This document shows positions 7,411 through 12,498 of a stretch of DNA of 12,498 nt, piece after piece. The translations under genes were made by a program, and so were the position numbers. The stretch is from Sulfolobales archaeon (GTDB lineage: Archaea; Thermoproteota; Thermoprotei_A; Sulfolobales; NBVN01), in assembly GCA_038841535.1 (NCBI GenBank), contig JAWBTQ010000025.1:1-12498 (forward strand). Direction: 5' to 3'. The notes below the pieces were generated by a model. It saw only the letters and a list, made by a program, of their open reading frames with translations, made no database searches and had not been told where the DNA came from. The first letter of the stretch is position 1. Every line of letters starts with the position of its first letter.

Positions 7411-7439
7411 CATCGTCTTTAGTGTGTTGTGTGAGAGCA

Positions 7440-8210
7440 ATGATTGAACTACTCGCTCCTATGATAGGACTTCTAGCCGGAACTCTGGGCTCTATGTTCG
7501 GACTTGGCGGGGGGTTTTTGATGGTTCCCCTGCTAAACATTGCTGGAGTAAGCATGAAGATAGCTGTTGGGACTTCAGCTACCGCCATATTTTTTAACGC
7601 CATATCCGCTACGATAGCTTACGCAAGATACGGGTACATAGCTTATAGAGCGGGGCTACTTATCTCGATTACGGCTACAGTTTCAGCATACTTCGGAGCT
7701 CTATTAACTAGGTATATTGACGTAGATACCTTAAGAATAATCTTCGGTGCGGTTCTTCTCCTCGTAGCCACTAGAGTGGTAGTAATGAGAGAAAAAAGCG
7801 GGAGTAGCCAGCTACACAAGACTATTCAGTGGGATTTTAAAAAGTATATGGCACTACTCGGTGGTGGAATTCTAGCAGGTCTGGCCTCGGGACTCCTGGG
7901 AGTTGGGGGAGGAGTAGTGAATGTACCATTACTAACATACCTTGGAGCCGTAATGCATGTAGCTGTAGCTACTTCATCTATGGCCATAACTCTAACCTCC
8001 GTATCTTCAGCTATAACTCATTACACTCTCGGAAACATAGACGTAGTGCTACTCGCTCTCCTAGTGCCCACTCTCATTGTAGGAGCTCAAATAGGTGCGA
8101 GAATTGCTAGAAGAGCGAAGTCGCAAACCCTTAGAAGAGGGTTCGCTATAGTGCTAGCATTCATCGCCGTGAGGATGGTCCTTAAAGGCTTAGGGTACCA
8201 GATTCCATAA
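7440..8210 (+). CDS. Sulfite exporter TauE/SafE (TSUP) family membrane protein
   Basis: Two internal repeats with family motifs: GLLAGTLGSMFGLGGGFLMVPLL...AVGTS and GILAGLASGLLGVGGGVVNVPLL...AVATS. ATG 7440 (MIELLAP, 256 aa) is preferred over the ORF-track TTG 7407, which falls inside the TATA-like box. Confidence 0.92.
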   Translation: MIELLAPMIGLLAGTLGSMFGLGGGFLMVPLLNIAGVSMKIAVGTSATAIFFNAISATIAYARYGYIAYRAGLLISITATVSAYFGALLTRYIDVDTLRIIFGAVLLLVATRVVVMREKSGSSQLHKTIQWDFKKYMALLGGGILAGLASGLLGVGGGVVNVPLLTYLGAVMHVAVATSSMAITLTSVSSAITHYTLGNIDVVLLALLVPTLIVGAQIGARIARRAKSQTLRRGFAIVLAFIAVRMVLKGLGYQIP

Positions 8211-8216
8211 TTCGGT

Positions 8217-8232
8217 CCAAAAGCTATTATTT
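8217..8232 (+). promoter_or_regulatory. Candidate BRE/TATA promoter of the glmU-like gene
   Basis: An A-rich BRE-like run (CCAAAAG) is followed by CTATTATTT (8224-8232), which ends 31 nt before TTG 8264. Confidence 0.5.
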
Positions 8233-8263
8233 GCTCAGTGTACTTTCAGTCTAGGTTAAAGTA

Positions 8264-9562
8264 TTGGAGGCCGTAATACTGGCTGCCGGTTTCGGCAGGG
8301 GTCTAGAGCCTATAACACACACTAGACCGAAACCCTTGATCCCAGTTATCGATAAAACCCTCTTGGAGTACCATCTAGATAACCTTAGTAGAGTCGGTAC
8401 GATAGAGAGAGTTATCGTGGTCGCTAACTACCTGATAGACATGATAAAAGAGAGAATTAAAATAGTGGGAAGTAAGTACGAATTCGAACTTAAGGTAGTA
8501 GACCAAGGCAGACCTTTGGGTACGGGTCACTCCCTGCTCAAGGGGCTAGAAGAAGTTAGAGGAGAAAGTGTTGTAGTACTCTACGTCGACTCAGTGTACT
8601 CTGTAGAAGACCTCGTAAACATCGCCACGAGTTCTAGTCCCTATGTTATTGCCGCATATCATGTAGATGACCCACGCGATTATGGCGTATTGATTGGCGA
8701 TCTAGGTGGGGAGTTAAAGGACGTAGTTGAAAAGCCTTCTCAGCCGATATCGAAACTTATTAACGCAGGCTTATACAAGCTCTCAACTAGGGTCTCTTCC
8801 TACTTAGAGAGGATCGAGCCTAGCCCCAGAGGAGAATACGAACTAACTGACGCTATAAAGCTGCTAATCCGCTCCGGGTTTTCGGTTAGAATTCGCGGGC
8901 TAAGATTCTGGCGGGACTTAGGTAAGTCTTGGCTCTACCTCGGCTTTTGTAAGGAAGCCCTTAACGAAAGAGTTAGAGAAAGGGAGGTATATGGAAGGGT
9001 CGAGAGCGGGGTCAACATTAAGGGGCCTGTCTATATAGGTAAGGACTCTGAGGTTCTCTCCGGTAGCTACATCGAGGGACCAGCGTATATCGGTGATGGA
9101 GTTACTGTTGGACCAAACGCGTACGTTAGACCTGGCAGTATAATACTGAGCGGCTCTAGGATAGGATTCTCAGTAGAGGTTAAAGAAAGTGTGGTTATGG
9201 AGGGAGTTCACGCTCACCACTTATCGTACATCGGTGACTCCGTAGTCTGCGAGTATAGCAACCTAGGTGCTGGGACGATCTTAGCTAACTTAAGGCTTGA
9301 TGAAGGCGAGATAAAGGTCAGGGTTAAAGGCGTTAAGGTACCCACAGGTAGAAGAAAGCTCGGTGCTTTATTAGGTGGATATACTAGAACCGGTGTTAAC
9401 GTGTCTCTAAACCCGGGTGTTAAGGTAGGTGCTTACTCTAGGATATTTCCGGGTGTGACGGTATATGAAGATGTACCTCCCTGCTCTTTGGTTAAACCAG
9501 GTGGCTCAATAGAGAGTCTGCCAAGCAGTGAATGTCTTATAGACAAAAGCGTTTGGTGCTAG
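8264..9562 (+). CDS. glmU: Archaeal GlmU-like bifunctional sugar-1-phosphate nucleotidylyltransferase / amino-sugar-1-phosphate acetyltransferase (ST0452-like)
   Basis: 432 aa. The N-terminal NTP transferase domain shows AVILAAG.G..LEPITHTRPKP, Q..PLGTG, VVEKP, INAGLY, SPRGEYELTDAI and WRDLG. The C-terminal hexapeptide beta-helix shows IEGPAYIG, VGPNAYVRP, HLSYIGDSVV..SNLGAGTILANLR and RKLGA. Confidence 0.88.
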   Translation: MEAVILAAGFGRGLEPITHTRPKPLIPVIDKTLLEYHLDNLSRVGTIERVIVVANYLIDMIKERIKIVGSKYEFELKVVDQGRPLGTGHSLLKGLEEVRGESVVVLYVDSVYSVEDLVNIATSSSPYVIAAYHVDDPRDYGVLIGDLGGELKDVVEKPSQPISKLINAGLYKLSTRVSSYLERIEPSPRGEYELTDAIKLLIRSGFSVRIRGLRFWRDLGKSWLYLGFCKEALNERVREREVYGRVESGVNIKGPVYIGKDSEVLSGSYIEGPAYIGDGVTVGPNAYVRPGSIILSGSRIGFSVEVKESVVMEGVHAHHLSYIGDSVVCEYSNLGAGTILANLRLDEGEIKVRVKGVKVPTGRRKLGALLGGYTRTGVNVSLNPGVKVGAYSRIFPGVTVYEDVPPCSLVKPGGSIESLPSSECLIDKSVWC

Positions 9563-9572
9563 AACTAGGTGA

Positions 9573-9986
9573 CTACTCTCCAACGACTAAAATCGCCAAT
9601 AACCCTGCTGCGCTGAGTAGAGCAGCTGACCCTATTATGAAATCGGTTAGAAACCTTACTATAAAGACCCCGGACTTTATCATCATAATCAAATAGTCGA
9701 TTACTGTCCACCGACTAATGGCTTGCCACTGTAGACCTAGCACTACATAGTACACTAGCGTAGCTATTAGCACTCCAATGAGTGAAACGATAGCTCCTGT
9801 TATAGCTACGTCCACTATACCTCCACCGTATTTCACGATAAGCGGAGTCAGCAGGAACCCAACTACGACTCCTGCTACTGCTGGTGCGTATATTCTCTCA
9901 GGAATCACGTGACTAAAGAGCGTGGTTAGTAGTCCTAGTAGCGCCGAACACGATAGTACTATTAGTGTACTATCTCTTAGCTTCAT
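9573..9986 (-). CDS. Hypothetical integral membrane protein (about 4 TM)
   Basis: 137 aa. ATG is preceded by GTGAGGAG. It overlaps the upstream gene by 17 bp and has about four hydrophobic helices. Confidence 0.75.
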   Translation of the reverse strand: MKLRDSTLIVLSCSALLGLLTTLFSHVIPERIYAPAVAGVVVGFLLTPLIVKYGGGIVDVAITGAIVSLIGVLIATLVYYVVLGLQWQAISRWTVIDYLIMMIKSGVFIVRFLTDFIIGSAALLSAAGLLAILVVGE

Positions 9987-10239
9987 ATCTCCTCACTCTC
10001 ATTTTGTAGAGATAGCTCATAACCATGTACAGAACTACACCGTACATAAACATAAATACCATTACTTGTAGAGCAATCCTTAAAAGCGGGTCTAGCTCTA
10101 GAGTGGCAATAAACCAATAGATAGGGAAGGCTAGATAGGCTAGTAGAACTGCTAGTATTAGTGGTCTATAGTACTCCAATACGTACATGAGTAGTGCGGC
10201 TAGGGCAACTATTCCAACTAGGATCAGGAGGTCCTCCAA
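9970..10239 (-). CDS. Hypothetical small membrane protein (about 3 TM, basic C-terminal tail)
   Basis: The ORF track gives GTG 10248. TTG 10239 has GGGTG 6 nt upstream and is preferred (89 aa). Three hydrophobic segments are followed by KMRVRRYEAKR. Confidence 0.75.
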   Translation of the reverse strand: MEDLLILVGIVALAALLMYVLEYYRPLILAVLLAYLAFPIYWFIATLELDPLLRIALQVMVFMFMYGVVLYMVMSYLYKMRVRRYEAKR

Positions 10240-10267
10240 CCAACACACCCAAGTACCTGCCAGCTAA

Positions 10268-10297
10268 GGAAAAAATATTTGTGGTGCTCTCCACGAA
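10268..10297 (-). terminator. Candidate terminator of the ABC permease genes, overlapping a possible TATA box of the next gene
   Basis: On the minus strand just after the dppC stop there is a small hairpin, GTGG-agagca-CCAC, followed by AAATATTTTTTCC. The T-tract ends 30 nt before TTG 10239. Confidence 0.4.
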
Positions 10298-10304
10298 GTA
10301 GATG

Positions 10305-11936
10305 TTACCTCCTGAGTCTCGGATTTACTATCTCGTCTAAAGCCATTCCGAAGAGCACGAATCCTGCGGCTAGCATTATCAGCCCTGCTATTGGTGGAAT
10401 TATCCACCACCAAGCGTTCATTAGGAATGCTCCCTGGTAGTATGCTTCATTTATCATTCTGCCCCACGTTGGAGCCTCCGGGTCTCCGAATCCCAGTAGC
10501 TGAATACCTGCCTCAAAGAACACTACTCCAGGAACCGCCATAACTATTCTGTAGACTAAGTATGGCACTAGCTGTGGAGCTATGTGCTTAATCATTATTC
10601 TCCACTCGCTTGCTCCAAGAGCTTTAGCTGATTCAACGTAGAGACTGCTTCTCAGAGTCATAGTCCATTGCCTAATGATTCTCGCACCACCCGGCCACGC
10701 TGTAGCTATTAGTACAGCGTATATGTTCCACAGAGTTCTCCCGAAGACTAGGCCTACTACCATAACTAGCGGTATCACAGGTATGAAGTATATTATGTCT
10801 GTTAGAAGCGTTATTGAGTGGTCTGTGTAAGTTCCAGCTCTATAGCCAGCAACTAACCCGAAGACTAGTGCTACTAGTGTTGTTACTGTGGCTACAGCTA
10901 GTCCGAGAACTACGGCACTCCTAGCTCCATAGATAAACTGCGTCCAGACATCGTTGCCGTAAGCAGTTGTACCCAGCACTCCGAAGGTCTCACCCTTTAT
11001 GAACATCCTAATAGGTGCGTAACTTACCCTAAGGGCTCCGTTTTCGCACCTCATCATGAAGTTCATTGGGTCGCAGTAGTACGTTACGTTTACCGCTAAG
11101 TAGATCTTGGTCCCTCTTTCCAGTAGGAGCTCTCTTGCGGTGTTAACCTCACCGAAGGCCTGCGATATTCTATCTCTGAGTACAGGATCCTTTATTGACA
11201 GGACGTAGGGTTGCACCATGTTCCTCATTGGGTTAGGTAATACGGCGGGTGCCGAAACCCTTAGAGTTCCCTTGAAGTAGTCGTATATCCACCCAACTCT
11301 CGTTGTAACTATGTCGTACAGAGAGTAGATGCCTCTCGGAACTTCGAATTCTGTAACCTTTCCGTCTGGGAGAGCTACTCTTAGTACTCTCTTTTCTCCT
11401 CGCTCTACTAGGTCTTTGTTTATGATAAGTGTGTTGACGTTATACCACGCCTCACTCCTACCTTCTAGGTAGGTAGTGTTAAATGCTATTCTCACATCCA
11501 TCGACTTCGCTGGCCTGTATGGATACTCTAAGTAGTCTTCAGTTACTATCAGTAGGCTAGCGTATCCGCTCCCTTCGAACACTACTTCAAATCCTCCACT
11601 AGTTCTTAACACGTTAACTTTGACATTCCCTTGAATCGCTCTATTCTCTACCTTAAAGCTGTCGAACACTTTCACTATATTTCGAGCCATTTCGGGAGAG
11701 GCTGCCCACTCGGGAACAGCGAAGTCTCCCGCTACTACTTCCCGCATTACCGGGCTATACGGGGTTAGTATTGGTGCTAAACCACCGAGAACTGCTAAAA
11801 TCAGTATTAGAGATATACCTACTACCGCTGTCCTCTTTCTAAAAACTAAAACAGCTATTTCAGCGAGTCTAGTAAACCCTAGTGTAACCCCGGATCTCAC
11901 TCTAGCAGTACTTGCCGCCCGAGCCACTTTAACCAC
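10305..11936 (-). CDS. dppC: Peptide/oligosaccharide ABC transporter permease, DppC/OppC type, with a large extracellular insertion
   Basis: 543 aa. OppC-like N-terminus (RKRTAVVGISLIL...APILTPYSP), then LGTTAYGNDVWTQFIYGARSA, the EAA loop YVESAKALGASEWRIMIKHIAP, LGFGDPEAPTWGRMI, WWWIIPP and a C-terminal DEIVNPRLRR. Its GTG start overlaps the dppB end by 8 bp. Confidence 0.92.
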   Translation of the reverse strand: MVKVARAASTARVRSGVTLGFTRLAEIAVLVFRKRTAVVGISLILILAVLGGLAPILTPYSPVMREVVAGDFAVPEWAASPEMARNIVKVFDSFKVENRAIQGNVKVNVLRTSGGFEVVFEGSGYASLLIVTEDYLEYPYRPAKSMDVRIAFNTTYLEGRSEAWYNVNTLIINKDLVERGEKRVLRVALPDGKVTEFEVPRGIYSLYDIVTTRVGWIYDYFKGTLRVSAPAVLPNPMRNMVQPYVLSIKDPVLRDRISQAFGEVNTARELLLERGTKIYLAVNVTYYCDPMNFMMRCENGALRVSYAPIRMFIKGETFGVLGTTAYGNDVWTQFIYGARSAVVLGLAVATVTTLVALVFGLVAGYRAGTYTDHSITLLTDIIYFIPVIPLVMVVGLVFGRTLWNIYAVLIATAWPGGARIIRQWTMTLRSSLYVESAKALGASEWRIMIKHIAPQLVPYLVYRIVMAVPGVVFFEAGIQLLGFGDPEAPTWGRMINEAYYQGAFLMNAWWWIIPPIAGLIMLAAGFVLFGMALDEIVNPRLRR

Positions 11937-12498
11937 CCGTTCTTACCCTCGGGTCTATAGCTACGAGTACTATCTCCGCTATGAAGAGAGATGTAACTGT
12001 GAGTGCTGCTGATATAGTGAAAAACGCTGACATAACTGGGAAGTCCCAGTTGAGTAGTGCTTGGTAGGCGAAGTAGGCTATTCCAGGCCAGTTCGATATT
12101 ATCTCAAATATTATCGCCCCACCGAATATACCGGGTATGGTGTAAGCCAGAGAGATAACTATCGGGGGTCTAACGTTGGGTATGACGTGCTTCCTCAGCG
12201 TAGACCTCTCGTCGAGGCCCTTAGCTAAAGCAGTAGTAACGTAGTCTTGACCCATTTCTGATACTACTAGCTGTCTTATGTAGTATATCCAGCCACCAGA
12301 CCAGGCGATTAGTGCTGCTAGTAGCATTGGTGACATATACCAGAGTAAGTACCTAAACTGCTCCCAGTCTCTAATACCTATCTCAGGAGCTCTAACCGGA
12401 AGTGGGAATATGTAGTAACCCCACGTAACTCTTGGAAGATACGCTAGCACGTAGTACACTATTAGGAGAGTGAGCCACCCAGGAAGCATGTTGGTAAA
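11929..12498 (-). CDS. dppB: Peptide/oligosaccharide ABC transporter permease, DppB/OppB type, 5' partial
   Basis: EAA loop QDYVTTALAKGLDERSTLRKHVIPN, then GGAIIFEIISNWPGI, DFPV and a C-terminal IDPRVR. The frame is open to the window edge (TTT ACC AAC ATG), so the gene begins beyond 12498. Confidence 0.92.
   Translation of the reverse strand, partial: FTNMLPGWLTLLIVYYVLAYLPRVTWGYYIFPLPVRAPEIGIRDWEQFRYLLWYMSPMLLAALIAWSGGWIYYIRQLVVSEMGQDYVTTALAKGLDERSTLRKHVIPNVRPPIVISLAYTIPGIFGGAIIFEIISNWPGIAYFAYQALLNWDFPVMSAFFTISAALTVTSLFIAEIVLVAIDPRVRTGG

Noticed and set aside
7394-7603. 69-aa minus-strand ORF
   Set aside because: It is an antisense shadow of the Gly-rich TauE N-terminus.
7440-8210. TauE/SafE gene as part of the MoxR module
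   Set aside because: It is on the same strand but separated by a gap containing its own TATA-like/T-rich box, and I know of no functional link. Only synteny analysis could revive this idea.
1-12498. CRISPR array, tRNA/rRNA, IS element or integrase
   Set aside because: No regularly spaced repeats, cloverleaf, terminal inverted repeats or transposase motifs were seen. All intergenic gaps are under about 90 bp.

Overview
Gene-dense chromosomal window, most likely from a thermophilic crenarchaeon (Thermoproteota, Desulfurococcales-like). This is inferred from frequent AGA/AGG/ATA codons, GGTG/GAGG ribosome-binding sites, many TTG/GTG starts, TATA-like boxes and an ST0452-type GlmU. In order, it holds: a 5'-truncated secreted beta-propeller gene (PF09826-like); a divergently transcribed MoxR module (minus arm: DUF4129-like, two small membrane proteins, DUF4350-like; plus arm: MoxR AAA+ ATPase, DUF58); a TauE/SafE-family exporter; an archaeal GlmU-like nucleotidyltransferase/acetyltransferase; two small membrane proteins; and the DppC and partial DppB permeases of a peptide/sugar ABC transporter. 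The best candidate for an uncharacterised system is the six-gene membrane-anchored MoxR/DUF58/DUF4350/DUF4129 module. Two of its genes appear to start at non-canonical codons (CTG, ATA) missed by the ORF track, and its DUF58 lacks the MIDAS motif. No mobile element, CRISPR array, tRNA or rRNA was seen. All family calls come from motif recognition by eye, not from database searches.
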